DNA of 64,000 nucleotides from Octopus vulgaris (Eukaryota). Both the position numbers and the translations under genes were made by a program. Positions 1 through 12,859 of this stretch are shown in pieces. The notes beneath the pieces were generated by a model, which saw only the letters and a list, made by a program, of their open reading frames with translations, did no database searches and was not told the origin of the DNA. Position 1 is the first letter of the stretch. The number at the start of each line of letters is the position of its first letter. The DNA lies in the NCBI GenBank assembly GCA_951406725.2, contig OX597814.1, forward strand, positions 49,662,001 to 49,726,000, given 5' to 3'.

Positions 1-223
1 TTTCTATCTGCTACATATTTTATTAAAACTGTGCTGTAATTTAAACTAAATTTTTCAAAATTAATCTACCAGTCGCAAAAGATGTTTTAATGGTGATTGT
101 TGTGACAATGGAGATTTAAAAAAATATTTTAGTCGTTTACACAAAGATCACGTTTCCTTCAAAAGAGGGAAGTGTCTAGTCAATTTACCTTAGTATGTTG
201 CTGGTTGATATATTCATAGTGAA

Positions 224-468
224 GGCGCATGGCTCAGTGGTTAGAGCGTCGAGCTTACGATCGTGAGGTTGTGAGTTCGAATCCGGAACCGGGCTGCGTG
301 TTGTGTTGTGTTCTTGAGCAAGACACTTTATTTCACGTTGCTCCAGTCCACTCAGCTGTAGACGTGGAGAGGGGAGGCCGGTATGCATGGGCAACTGCTG
401 GTCTTCCATAAACAACCTTGTCTGGACTTGTGCCTGGGAGGGTAACATTTCTAGGTGCAATCCCATCG
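224..468 (+). mobile_element. tRNA-derived SINE (family C) with CORE-like body
   Basis: Pol III A box TGGCTCAGTGG and B box GTTCGAATCC in a tRNA-like head, followed by TTGAGCAAGACACTTTA...CTCCAGTCCACTCAGCTGTA; no complete acceptor stem. Decayed relative at about 18170-18310 (-). Confidence 0.8.
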
Positions 469-735
469 ACCCCCAAACAATAAAAGATAAAGTCGACCAC
501 TGTAGGGTTTAAACTAAAAGCGAATGCTAGATGTCTAATCGTTTCTAATAATTCACCCCACCATTTATTATATGCTAAGCAACATTTCGTCCTCATCACG
601 CTCCGAATTTAAATTCAGTCGAGGGCGATGACATAAGTACCAGATGTGCACTGGGGTGGATGTAATCGACTTATCCACACTCTCCGAAAGTGTTGGCGTT
701 CTGCCAAAATTTGAAATTATTATCAATATTATTAT

Positions 736-852
736 GGACCGAGAGTAGTGCATGCCATCAAAGTGATATTGGGGTACAAATATACAAAGCTAAATATACC
801 CATCATGACTACTCGTCTGATAAGGGTACACCAGGTACATACATAGCAACCG
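736..852 (-). mobile_element. Retroposon 3' end, same family as 39150-39233 and 39435-39957
   Basis: Reverse complement GTAGTCATGATGGGTAT...CACTTTGATGGCATGCACTACTCTC then ATAATAAT matches the copies near 39.2 and 39.9 kb. Confidence 0.65.
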
Positions 853-890
853 CTAAAATTGCGAGCCTTGTGTCAAAATTTGAAACCAAA

Positions 891-1095
891 GGCGGTGAGC
901 TAGCAGAATTGTTACTGCGCCAGACAAAAAGCTTATACCATTTCCTCTGGCTTTGCGTTCTGAGTTCAACCGAGGTCGACTTTGCCTTTCATCCTTTCGA
1001 GGTTGATAAAATAAGTAACAATTGTACATCTAGGTTGATGTAAGCGATACCTCTCCTCTCTCGAAATTTCAGGCCTTGTGCCTATAGTAGAAAAG

Positions 1096-1097
<2 letters not shown>
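891..1097 (+). mobile_element. SINE family A (diverged)
   Basis: GGCGGTGAGCTAGCAGAA head and GAGGTCGACTTTGCCTTTCATCCTTTCGAGGTTGATAAAATAAGTA core, followed by (ATT)n. Confidence 0.8.
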
Positions 1098-1142
<45 letters not shown>

Positions 1143-1190
1143 CCTTAGTGTGTGTGTTTGCATGTGTGTGTGTATGTGTGCGCGCGCGTT

Positions 1191-1226
<36 letters not shown>

Positions 1227-1604
1227 TGTGTTTGTGTGTATCTTAAATAAGGTCCCGACACCCTGAAGATGGGAATAGAGTATTGTTGCAGGGATGCCTT
1301 TCTTGAAGCGTAAGAGAAGTAAAATGGATTCAATTGAAAATTGAAATTAGGGGCCAGATTTCAGCTTGCTTCTTTCTTTCTTTCTTTCTTTCTTTCTTTT
1401 TATTATATCATCACTGAACTATACTGTCGTTAGTCACAAACCTTCAAAGGGGAAATTACTAGTTTTCAGAACTTTTGACGTGAGTGATAAGGGAGTATAT
1501 TAAATTCAGTGTGGAACAAATATCACATGTGACTTCATGCAAAAGTTACCGGTTTTCCAGCTAATGCTTACATTCTTCGTTCACACACACACACACACAA
1601 CGCG

Positions 1605-1679
<75 letters not shown>

Positions 1680-3157
1680 ATTTATGTAAGACTTGGTTCC
1701 ATGCAGTTTCAACAACTGTCTCTCAAAATAGTAAACCCAAAACTATGATAAAAGACACTTGCCCAAGTTGCCGTGCAGTGGGATCGAACGAAGGACGACT
1801 TGGTTGGGATGTCAAATCTCAACTACACAACCATGCCAACATCCATACCAGCTTGCATGAATCTTTCCTCTAGCTCTGACACACAATTTATTGACATCCG
1901 ATAGAACTTACAAATTGACAGCCTGCAAAGTAATTACTTCATTTTGCTACAGTTTATATATTCTGCAGAGCGTTGAATATATTCAAGAAGGATTCCTTAA
2001 CCACACACATAGTTCAAGAAGAAAACTGGACACAGTGTTCCGTGTGATGAGAATCTTCATTAGCACTAATATACACGCATCATTTAGTCTCATAATCCTG
2101 AGATATACGTGGCAGGTCAGAACATTGGTTTGGTTAGTTTCAAGAGTATCTTCTATTGGCAGGGTTTCAGAAGATTTACTGGTATTTCTGTCATCAATTC
2201 TGATAGAATGAAAAACAAAATCAATTCCAGTGAGATTTGAATTTTGTCGTTGAGAGATGGAACAAAATATTAGTATCTTTAAACCACATAGTTGTAGGAC
2301 TGAATTTTCGACTCGAAAGAAGTAAATCAAAACACTGTTTGAATGAAGAAGAGAGTGGAATGAAGTACGTTAATTTAAGGCTTATAAATGAGTAGGAACA
2401 ACCGATTAGATTATTAGATCGACCTCTCCTCACCAGTATATGACTGGTACTTTATTTTATCGACTTCAGAAATATGAAAAGTAGAGCCGTTCCCGACAGG
2501 ATTTGAATACAGAACGTAAAATGATGGTTCTCATTATACCCTGTCATTGATTTCTATCAGTGGAGCATAACTACAGACATGTGAGATCCAGATTATAACA
2601 CTGATGGAACATCACCAGGAGATAGGCTTAAAAAAAGTTCAGTAACTCCTTCAAGTTTGCAAGCGTAAAAATAAAGATATAATTAGGATAGCTAATGAAC
2701 TTGAGGAAAGATATGGAATAAAGTGTGATACAGATCTCTTGCAATGAAGCACACCTTCTTGTGTACTAAAAACATACTTGATATTACCATTGATGCTACC
2801 ATTCCATAAAGCGTAATGTGATACCAGAAAAACCTAGAATAGAGTAAGAAAAATAGAAACCAGTAACAAATGAAGACCATACTGAGAATGATAAATCAAA
2901 AGAATATTGGTGGTACTTAAAAACAAAACACCAATAACTAAATTAAAAGAAAGTCGACCTGCTATTGTTCGGGACAACATGTTCTGCATTGAAAGTGAAC
3001 TGCCCTCTTTACATCAACGTAGTTAAAAAAATCAGGAGAAAGAAGGCATGTTAGGCTATTGAAGAGGAGTATCTGTAATTCTAGTACCACAAATGCAATT
3101 CAGCTTTTTACCCATTATTATTGGAGTGACAAGATCGACCTATCTGGTTGAAATATA

Positions 3158-3373
3158 CGAGAGGGTGATGAAAAGTTCCTGCCTTTCAGGGTACCACGAA
3201 GGGCCTGGTTGAAAGCCAAACCTTCTAAATTCTTTTAGAGGGCTTAGAAAAACTGAAAAGCAGTTGCAATAAGGGTGTGAACCCGCAAGGGGAGTATGTT
3301 GAACACTATCATAATTAACTGATCCTCATGTATTTTTTTAACCCAAAGTATGAAACATTTTAGCACTCCCTTG
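3158..3373 (+). mobile_element. Mariner-derived MITE
   Basis: TA then CGAGAGGGTGATGAAAAGTTCC terminus; retains a transposase C-terminal remnant (GLEKL...GEYVE). Second copy at 56173-56388. Confidence 0.7.
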
Positions 3374-3467
3374 AAACAAAACTTAGTTTCTTGGGGAAGG
3401 AACGTAGCTCTATTAATCATATGCACCAGTATGGCCTTAGCTGTGATGGGTAAAAGATAAGGAGCTA

Positions 3468-3516
<49 letters not shown>

Positions 3517-3521
<5 letters not shown>

Positions 3522-3760
3522 ATCCCTCGACTATCGCGGGTGTTACATTCCAAAACTCGTCGCGATAGGTGAAAATGTGCGAAGTAGAAACAGTATTGTA
3601 CTGTATATTTTATTATTATTATTTTTATAATGTGTATATATTTGTTTTATTATAAATGTAAAAAAACCCCAAAAAACCCCCAAAAACGCAACAGAAGAAT
3701 CGACGTAAGCTTAAATAATAAACCTCGATAGGTTAACCGCAATATGGCGAGGGATTACTG
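3517..3760. mobile_element. pogo/Tigger-like MITE
   Basis: TIRs AGTAATCCCTCG...ATCGCGG and CCGCAAT...CGAGGGATTACTG followed by TA; AT-rich interior. Confidence 0.75.
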
Positions 3761-4042
3761 TATATATAATGCACTGTTCCCTGATAGAAAATTCAACAAA
3801 AAAAAGTACTCCATCCGGTGAGAAATAAATGTTTTTTATTTAAAGGGCATCAATATGAAACTATTAGCAATACTTAAAGACGTATTGTGCCCTTAGCATG
3901 AAGTTTTGTCAGTGAACAGGTCGCGGTTTCAAAGCGACGAAAATATTTTGACACAAATTTAAATGTTGCAGTGAATCTAACGGTTTTTTTGTGTGTTATT
4001 AAATGGCTTATAAACATCCTCCATGCTGCAATTATATATATA

Positions 4043-4431
4043 CTAGCAGCATTGCCCGGCGTTGCTCGGGTTTGTTTCGACCCGCTGGAATTGGAATTCT
4101 TGAAAAGTAAAAATTTTGCATTATGTAGCTTGTTATTCTCTTCAAGTGAACATTTTTCTGGTTGAAATACACCGAAAAGTGGTGACACAGCAGTGAAAAA
4201 AATCGTAAAAAATAGGGATTTTCATAGAAAAAAGCACCTTTTTGATGTAAATAATTTTTGGTGTTAACATGGTCCGATTTGAATTTTATCTTCTATGGAA
4301 GGAAGAGCAACCCTTCTATCATACTCTCAATTTTGGTCAACTTGCGCCGCAGGGTCTCGGAGGAGATAGTGTTAGTTGAAGGCTACCAAACCTGGCGCAC
4401 ACAGACAACTTCAGCTTTATATATAGAGAGA
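4043..4431 (-). mobile_element. Non-autonomous Helitron
   Basis: On the minus strand it starts TC(TCTCTATATATAAAGC) and ends with the GC-rich hairpin CCCGAGCAACGCCGGG then CTAG; it sits between host A and T with no TSD. Confidence 0.8.
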
Positions 4432-4567
4432 TAACACACACACATACATACACACACACATACATACACACACACATACATACACACACACATCTATGTA
4501 TGTATGGATGTATGTATGTATATATGTACATCTGCCCACTTCTTGCCATATTTTTATCCTTCACTTC

Positions 4568-4621
<54 letters not shown>

Positions 4622-4714
4622 ACGCTCACACACACGCACACACACACATACACCTTCTTAGCTTACAATTTTCTTTCAACAATTGACACTGTCATATATG
4701 TATATGTTTGCGTG

Positions 4715-5224
4715 TCTATGTGTGTAAAGAGAAAGTGTGCTAATAGACGGAGTAAAGCTTTTTCAGTGAGAGGGAGTTTTTTCAAATTTTTGCTTAATTG
4801 GGAGTCAAATTGAAAGAAATTTATATGCCATGACCGAGTGGAATGTACTTCGAAAAATCATAGGTAAATTCCAATTGAAGAAATTGTGTGAGGAGTAAAT
4901 CGTTATGTATTTATTTGTTTCTGTTTGCTCTGTATTTTTTTTGAGTAGTGGTTTAAGGTACACTTGCAAAGAGAAAGTAGGAGAAAGTATGGTAATAGCA
5001 GGAGTGAAGCAGTTGAAATTAGAGAGGCAAATCGTAAAATATTTACTTTTCTCGAACTTTTGCTTAATTGGGGGTCAAATTGAAAAAACTTTATATGCCA
5101 TGACCCAATCAAATCTACTTCGAAAAATCATAGGTAAATTCTAATTGAAGAAATTCTATATTGTAGAATTGTATTAAAAAGGAACATGGGAACAGGCAGA
5201 GAAAATCTGCCTTTTATCATAAGA

Positions 5225-5227
<3 letters not shown>
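4715..5227 (-). mobile_element. Helitron 5' portion related to 10351-11488
   Basis: Shares TTGCTTAATTGG...GGTAAATT..AATTGAAGAAAT and GGCAGA.AAAATCTGCCTTTTAT..TAAGA with 11.3-11.5 kb; internal block duplicated. Confidence 0.6.
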
Positions 5228-5292
<65 letters not shown>

Positions 5293-5641
5293 TAGCAAAC
5301 ATATTCTGTCTGTTTTGCTAGGAAGAGGTAGAAACTGATCAGTCCAGGATGTATCGTTATTGGTAAATGTTTTTGATTTTCACTCTCGATAAATTTATCC
5401 CTTTTTTGTGTCCCTAGCATTTGGCATCCTTATTTAGGAGCCCTTAATTATATTTCTATATGAATAATATTTTGTCTAATGACTAATTCGTCCTTTGTGC
5501 TGGGCCACTGGTAGTAATCTATATTATTACCCTTTTGATTATATATATATATATATATATACATACATACATACAAAAGTTCCTGGGCTGACTACATGCA
5601 CACAATCATATGTACATATGTGTGTTTCATATGTACATATG

Positions 5642-5685
<44 letters not shown>

Positions 5686-5859
5686 GAAAATAAAGGAAAT
5701 AAAACGATACAATCTTAACAAAACTGCCGATAAACAACTGACTTGAAAGTTCGAAATATAGAGAAGAGGAGACGCGTTGAATAGTCAAAATATGTCTTTT
5801 TAAGAAATAACATAAAATGATGAATGAAACCGCCGGCTTCAAAGCTCGAAAAATAATTG

Positions 5860-6085
5860 ACGAGCCTACAGTTGGAACTAGAGACATGCTGTGAAGAAAG
5901 GAGAAGAGGCAGAATGAAAATACTGAACAACCCAGACGACGTTGTCAAAGCCGAACGCTACAAAGAACTGAACAAAGCAGTCGAAACAACAGTCAAAATT
6001 CAAAAGAACAATAACCTACAAGACAAAAGACAAGTGCTAGAATTCGAATTCAAGAATAATAATGGTCATACCCTATTAAAGAACA
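5860..6085 (+). mobile_element. Probable RTE-clade LINE fragment (endonuclease-RT linker)
   Basis: Translation EERR...AERYKELNKAVETTVKIQKNNNLQDKRQVLEFEFKNNN resembles the RTE linker pattern. Confidence 0.45.
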
Positions 6086-6123
6086 GAAAAACAAAAGGCA
6101 ATAAAAAAATAAAGACAGAATAT

Positions 6124-6214
<91 letters not shown>

Positions 6215-7829
6215 TTTTACTTGTTTCAGTTATTTGACTGCGGCCTTGTTATTTGACTGCTTCCAAATAAATAGCGATATCGAGAGACTCTCAGAAAAAA
6301 TAGTGTAACTTATAGTACCGTATGACATTACCTAAGCCGCATCTGCTTAACAACGGCAAAAACAAATTAATCTATCAAGTGAAAAGAACAACAGCTTACT
6401 TATTACGAGTGAACTCCTCAAGAAGCACTTAGTTTGCGAAGAGACTACTGGATAAATCTACTTCAACAAAAATTTGGAAAAGCACTCTATATATCTCCAA
6501 CATATTGAGCATGGTTTTATATTTCTCGGAAACATAAGAACTATACCGATTTTGGCAGGTCATACTATCTCTCTCTTGGAATGGAGACTTTTATATGCTG
6601 CAAAATTGAAAACTACGCTATAGCAATCCTAGAAGAAAATATGAGTATCTATTGGGTGAAACCTATCAATTGAAATTATCTTGCCCTTTCTTTGAGTATC
6701 GCTAACAATTATTGCTAAGATGTAAGTATGTTTTGTGCGCATTATTTAGTAACATCATCTATCACATAATTTATATTGTATCTCACACTTTGATAGCCAC
6801 GAACAACGCTCAAAACTCTCGAAGTCGCTATAATTCTCGACCTGACAATATTTGGTAACTTTCATAGCGGTGCTGCTATGACATAATACGTATATGAAAA
6901 GTTGCATTCATTCCACCATTTTTAGGGCAGAAAATACATGCCTGATTGGCTGCTGCCTACCCATATAGCTCAGAGATATCCCAGACTTCTTCCAAAAAAA
7001 GGTCACTCGACTGATTTCCTTAAAATTAATATATTTCTTGAATTTAGAAGTTGAAAAAGAGACGTAAAAATGAAGATTTTTCACTGTTACGTAAGTTGCT
7101 TGATATTCCAAAAATATCTTGGCGAATTCAGCTACTGGCCTCAGCATTTTAAAATTTACTGTGCCTTCATCTTTTAGTTTTCAAATGCACTGTAAAAGCG
7201 GTGATGTTTCTTTCCTCCTGGTGCCAAAGTATATATATATGCTGTATGTATTTGCTATTAAAGATGCCTTCTGTGATGTCTAAATATGCTCATTCACTTT
7301 AGTCAATCAACTTCAGTTTACCACTGCATACTAACTCTTTGCTGAGACAACTAAGCTAGATTAATATTGGCACAATTATACCAAGTTGATCAAATAATGA
7401 AAAGCTGTTGTTTCTTCAGTTGGAAACAATAGTTTAATTTTCAATGCTGCTATTAAAGTAGTAGATAATTTATAAAGTATTGATGCTGAGTATTCTTGGT
7501 GCCTGAGCCCAGTCGGAAAGTATCGTTGTACAAAGCTTTAAAAAAATTTGCATTATTGGCTGCCATGCCCACGCTGTAAGGGAGGAGAATAAACCAGATG
7601 ATGTGCGTTGCATGACATTGTTGAAGCATAGTAGGTTATTGACTAATTGGCATACTCATTTTCAGGTCTGTCTTTAATATTATTACGCGATCATTTTGAT
7701 CATGGGTAATAGCAATGGTAGTTTTTTTTTTGTAAATCCAATACCATAAGATCAAAGTTAGCTAATCTTGCGTAGATAATATCACTTCCAGTATGGAACA
7801 AACATGTACCAAAACATCCCAAACTGCCG

Positions 7830-8010
7830 AAAACCTACAAATTGCTCATTGGGGATCTTGTCTCTCAAAGGCTGTAGTTTACAGAGTCACTCACATACGA
7901 TCCGACGATATAAAGAAATACCACGTGTGTATAGCAGCCAATAATTTCAAAGAAAGATTCATGAAGCACATGCACTCATTTAGATGTAGAGATAGAGAAA
8001 ATCTTTTGGG
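7830..8010 (+). mobile_element. Penelope-like element GIY-YIG endonuclease relic
   Basis: GSCLSKAVVYRVT...KKYHVC..ANNFKERFMKHMHSFR matches the PLE pattern CL..xVVY.A...K.YIG....FK.R...H..SF. Confidence 0.7.
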
Positions 8011-8827
8011 TTTCTCTGTGTTAGATCTAAAGTCAATCCGAATTAACCTATAATAAACTGGAGGAAATAAACGTTTACATGAAACATATATCTTCACAAT
8101 TTAATATACCAGTGTCTCGTACATGCTGACTCATGAACTATTGTCATTTATGTCACATAAAGACAAATATATTAAATATTTATATTTAAAAATCAACCTT
8201 ATCATCGGAGACTGATTGCCAATATTATGTATAATATCATGTCTTAACTATGCGTCATCCATGAACTTTTTTCCAAATAGTTCTCCTATAAAATTAAGTA
8301 GAAAACAATTGTATCCTTATAATTAGAGAAATTATCACCTATATATATATCCTTATAATTAAGAGAAAATATCATTGATATATTGCCACTTAACAGAAAC
8401 AAAATATATGTGAGAAAATAGTTTGAAAAAAATACTAGCTATTTTATGCACATCACAGCGCGTATTAGAAAATTACACGTAGTTAAATTAAAGTTTTTAA
8501 ACTTTCTCTGTAGAACTTACGTAAATGTAAATGCATTTTGTTATTCTCTTCGCACACAAAGCAATAAAGGAGATTATCCTGAGATGTTTTATAGCTTGTT
8601 AGCTACTTATTAGAGGACAACTATTCCCTGCTTCTTTATCTCCAAGCGACTGTTTCAGCAATTGCATAAAATTCATGTATAACATATATGCACACATGTA
8701 CATACATACATACGCAGTTTATTGGGACTATAGTAGAAGATGCTTGTTCAAGGGGCTACGCCCCGTGGGATTGAACACAGAACCATGTGGTTGGCAAGCA
8801 AGCTTCTTACCACACCACGTGTGCGCC

Positions 8828-8873
<46 letters not shown>

Positions 8874-8891
8874 TGTATGTATGTATGTATG

Positions 8892-8926
<35 letters not shown>

Positions 8927-8961
8927 GTGTGTGCGTGCGCGTGTGTGTGGTGTGTATATAT

Positions 8962-9025
8962 AACTTAGAAAGGTTTTGGCCAGTATTGGCCCAGGCCATG
9001 TCTGACTTAACAGCACCACCTGGCT
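8962..9025 (-). mobile_element. Extreme 3' end of a CR1/L2-type LINE
   Basis: Reverse complement CAGGTGGTGCTGTTAAGTCAGACATGGCCTGGGCCAATACTGGCCAAAACCTTTCTAAG matches the LINE tails at about 53885 and 55405. Confidence 0.75.
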
Positions 9026-9027
9026 AG

Positions 9028-9063
<36 letters not shown>

Positions 9064-9072
<9 letters not shown>

Positions 9073-9244
9073 CTTATATTAAGGGCATTACTATATATAA
9101 ATGCTTCACGCTAGGAGGAACTTTTAAAGTCAAAACTATCATAATAAATAAACACATTGTACCGAATTCGAGGGAATGCTATAAAAGTGCCTCCTAGCGT
9201 GGGGCATTTATGTATAGTAATGCCCTTAATATAAGTAAATATAT
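9064..9244. repeat. Inverted repeat, about 62-bp arms and 55-bp spacer
   Basis: TTTACTTATATTAAGGGCATTACTAT...CACGCTAGGAGG pairs with CCTCCTAGCGTG...ATAGTAATGCCCTTAATATAAGTAAA, few mismatches. Confidence 0.9.
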
Positions 9245-9429
9245 TTAAGAGGAATAAATTGATGGATTTACCCGTATGAGGTTTTTCACGCTGACTACTT
9301 GATAAATTCTTATAAAGATTTTATGCTAGTTTTCAATTATATATATATATATATACATACACATGCATGTACATATATATATATATGCATGTATATATGT
9401 ATGTATATATATATGTGTATATATGTGTG

Positions 9430-9528
<99 letters not shown>

Positions 9529-9668
9529 AGGCGCAGACGTTGTGGCGTGGTAAGGAGCTTGCTTCTCAACCACATGGCTTTGAGTTCAGTTCCACTGCGT
9601 GGCATCTTAGGTCACATTAAGTGTTTTCTACTATAGTCGCGGGCGTAAATATATAATATATGTATGTG

Positions 9669-9699
<31 letters not shown>

Positions 9700-9945
9700 T
9701 TGTGCGTGTGTGTGTGTGTCATTGTGTCTGTGTTTGTCCTCCACCACCGCTTGACAACCAGTGTTGGTATCCGTACAGTGTTGGTGTGTTTGTGTTACCG
9801 TAACTTTGCGGTTCGGCATAAGAGAATGATAGAATAAGTACTAAGCCTAAAAAATAATTCCTTGGACCGATTTGTTCGACTAAAAGCCTTCGAGACGGTG
9901 CTCCAGCATGGTAGCAGTTAAATGGCTAAAACAAATAAAAGATAA
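9529..9945 (+). mobile_element. SINE family B with internal (TA)/(TG) microsatellite
   Basis: GGCGCAG...GTGGTAAG..GCTTGCTT..CAACCACATGG head, internal (TG)n, GCGGTTCGGCA...GATAGAATAAGTACT...GGTGCTCCAGCATGG...AAACAAATAAAAG tail. Confidence 0.8.
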
Positions 9946-10029
9946 GATACATATATATATATAACCACCCACATGTGTATCCAGTATATACCAATAGGAA
10001 GTTGATCTCCTGAGATGGCATATATGACG

Positions 10030-10083
<54 letters not shown>

Positions 10084-10316
10084 AGACACACACACACAGA
10101 CACACACACCGGTCGTTTCATCATGAATCCTTAATCACTACTCACTTTTTCTCTGCTTTTTTTCTTATACTCTCTCCGATTTTTCCTATCGATCCTTTCT
10201 GTCGACCCGTGTAAGCTCGAAACACCAAAGACTTTTCCATTCTGTTCGAGCGTTAAACTAAGACACTCGCTTGTTGTTCCTTCACCAGTCTTCATCTTTT
10301 GTTTTCCCAAAATTTG

Positions 10317-10350
<34 letters not shown>

Positions 10351-10354
<4 letters not shown>

Positions 10355-11483
10355 CAGTATCGCCCGGCGTTGCTCGGGTTTGTAAGGAAATAACTATATA
10401 AGCATTTTTAGAGAGTTATAGCCAAAAAGTAGCAAAAAAATGCATTAAAAATTGAAAAAAAATTAAGGTAAATTTTTCTTTAAATCGTTGACACATCGTA
10501 GATATTTTTAGAGAGTTACTTCCCTTATATAAAAGCGAAAAAAATGCATTAAAATGGAAAAATATGATGGTAATTTTTTTTAAATCGTAGACTCATCGTA
10601 GACGCGCGCTAATACCCAGAAGGGCTCGTTTGTTATTCTGGGTAACTTTCTGTAAAATTATTAAAATTTTGTTCAAACATCGCTATAGAAAATGGGTTAT
10701 TAGCTAATATTCAATTGGGTATACAACAAAATTTTACGATAGAATTTGTTATTCTGGGTAACTTTCTGTAAAATTATTAAAATTTTGTTCAAACATCGCT
10801 ATAGAAAATGGGTTATTAGCTAATATTCAATTGGGTATACAACAACATTTTACGATAGAATTTGTTATTCTGGGTAACTTTCTGATACCCATAATAATAT
10901 TTATGGCAAAATAGGCCTTAATTTCATTTAAGATTGTGGGAAATAACAAACTATCCTTTCTTTCGGTTTGTTTACGTTTAGCGTAATGATTTCAAATAGG
11001 CTCATTCGAAAAAGTAAATAGAAATAGTCTAAGGCTTTACTCTTCTGGGAAAGTCTGTGGCTTGGTCCAGTTTCTTCAGAAAACTCACCGAAAGAAACAG
11101 TTTTTAAATTTTCACTCCATTCAGGTACCAATTCGTTTTCTTTATCGCTGTCGGATTCACTGTTTTCACTTTAATAGCTGCAAACTTGCAAAGACAAAGG
11201 TGGAGAAGGGTGATAGCGTCAGTGAAACAATTCGCTCCCTTTGTGTGTGTGTGCGTTTGCGTGTGCTGTAAACCAGACTAAGAAAAGCATTTGACACACA
11301 CACCAGAATGTGAGTTTTCTGTAAATTTTGCTTAATTGGAGTTTAAATTTTAAAAACTGGACCTGGCATGACGCGATGCATTGTACTCTTAAAATTGCCA
11401 GGTAAATTGTAATTGAAGAAATCCTATATTGTAGATTTGTATAACTCCCAAAGGGAGGCAGATAAAATCTGCCTTTTATAATA

Positions 11484-11488
<5 letters not shown>
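10351..11488 (-). mobile_element. Non-autonomous Helitron with internal minisatellite
   Basis: Minus-strand 5' TCTCTTATTATAAAAGGCAG; 3' hairpin CCCGAGCAACGCCGGG as at 4.05 kb, terminus CTAT rather than CTAG. Confidence 0.7.
10629..10883. repeat. 116-bp tandem repeat, about 2.2 copies
   Basis: TTTGTTATTCTGGGTAACTTTCTG starts at 10629, 10745 and 10861. Confidence 0.95.
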
Positions 11489-11514
<26 letters not shown>

Positions 11515-11637
11515 ATAATAAACCTTTACATAAATAAATATCATGAAATACACGAAGAGACGAACAAAAAGACAAACGGGTCATTCAAAGCCTTCATTCT
11601 TCAGTCAGAAACTGATCCCTCATCGCAGATTTCGGCT

Positions 11638-11689
<52 letters not shown>

Positions 11690-11904
11690 CAATATAATTC
11701 TCTCTCCCTGATAATAAACTACAGATCCCTCTGTAGCGACTTGTTGCTCTATAACTCACGTAGGTAGACGAGGGAGGTTACAGAGTCTCATTCGTACTTT
11801 TCGAATTCGTTAGTACTAGCGGTCGAAGATGGTTTGTCTGGGATTACTCGTATCAGACGGGTATGTTCGATTTTTAGTGCTCTCAAATTCAAACCTAAAG
11901 AAAT

Positions 11905-11967
11905 CTTGGGCTGATGACGGAAATGTTGATCTCTATATCCAACTAATCCAGAAACGGCGTTCTCAAG
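11905..11967 (+). ncRNA. Type I hammerhead ribozyme-like motif
   Basis: Stem I CUUGGG/CUCAAG, core CUGAUGA, imperfect stem II (GGA..GUUG/CAAC..UCC), GAAAC-GGC-GUU cleavage triplet. Confidence 0.55.
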
Positions 11968-12250
11968 TAATCGATGTACGTGTGATCTTTCGTTATTATT
12001 CCCTCTATACCTGCGTTAATTATTTTTGAGTATACATTGTCTGGGAGACCTTTCTTATAGTAGAGGAAATAGCTAAAATTTTTTGGCTGCTATTTCTAAA
12101 AGTTCGGTGTGTGGTAAAGTAAATTATTTTACTGAACCCTAATTATATAACGTAGTGTTTTAAATATACCGTAAATGGTCTTTTTACATACTGAACACTA
12201 CTGGGTAAAATTGATAATTAATAATTAATTAATTTTACCCTTTTATTATT

Positions 12251-12288
<38 letters not shown>

Positions 12289-12293
<5 letters not shown>

Positions 12294-12496
12294 ATCCAAA
12301 CATGAAAACACAAAGATTAAACACAATAACGCGAGGACATGGAACAAGTATAGTTTTATTGGACGCTCAGGAAAGGAAAGAAAGAAGGAGGATTTAACGT
12401 TTCGAGCGGAGCTCTTCGTCAGAAACATAGAAAAAGGAAAGATCCAAGGAAGGGAAGACGGAGGAAAAAAATCTCCTACGATAAACACGCGGCCAC
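12289..12496 (-). mobile_element. About 205-bp non-autonomous Penelope-type repeat with minimal hammerhead (12392-12426)
   Basis: Reverse complement GUUU-CUGACGA-A-GAGC-UCC-GCUC-GAAAC-GUU-AAAU; closely similar copy at 13418-13624. Confidence 0.65.
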
Positions 12497-12747
12497 ATAT
12501 ATTATTCTCAAACGGCTATGAGACTCATAGCCGGTCGCCAACACTTTTTTCTGCAAAATAGGGGTAGCTTATCCTATTCAGGCTATATTATTAGCATTAT
12601 CCTGCGTTTGAGAATTTAAAATTACTTCTTTAACTTTCTAAGACATCTCAATGCTTCTAAAAGCAAACTTCGTTTGTTTGTTTACGTTCATCTAATTTGA
12701 ATTTATGTGTGTGTGTGTGTGTGAGTGTGTGCATGTGTGTGTGAGTT

Positions 12748-12827
<80 letters not shown>

Positions 12828-12859
12828 CATAAACATTCCAATTATTTTGGTATTTGTCT

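Noticed and set aside
224-295. Genuine tRNA gene
   Set aside because: Acceptor stem does not close, no oligo-T terminator follows, and it continues into a SINE body; same for 47873.
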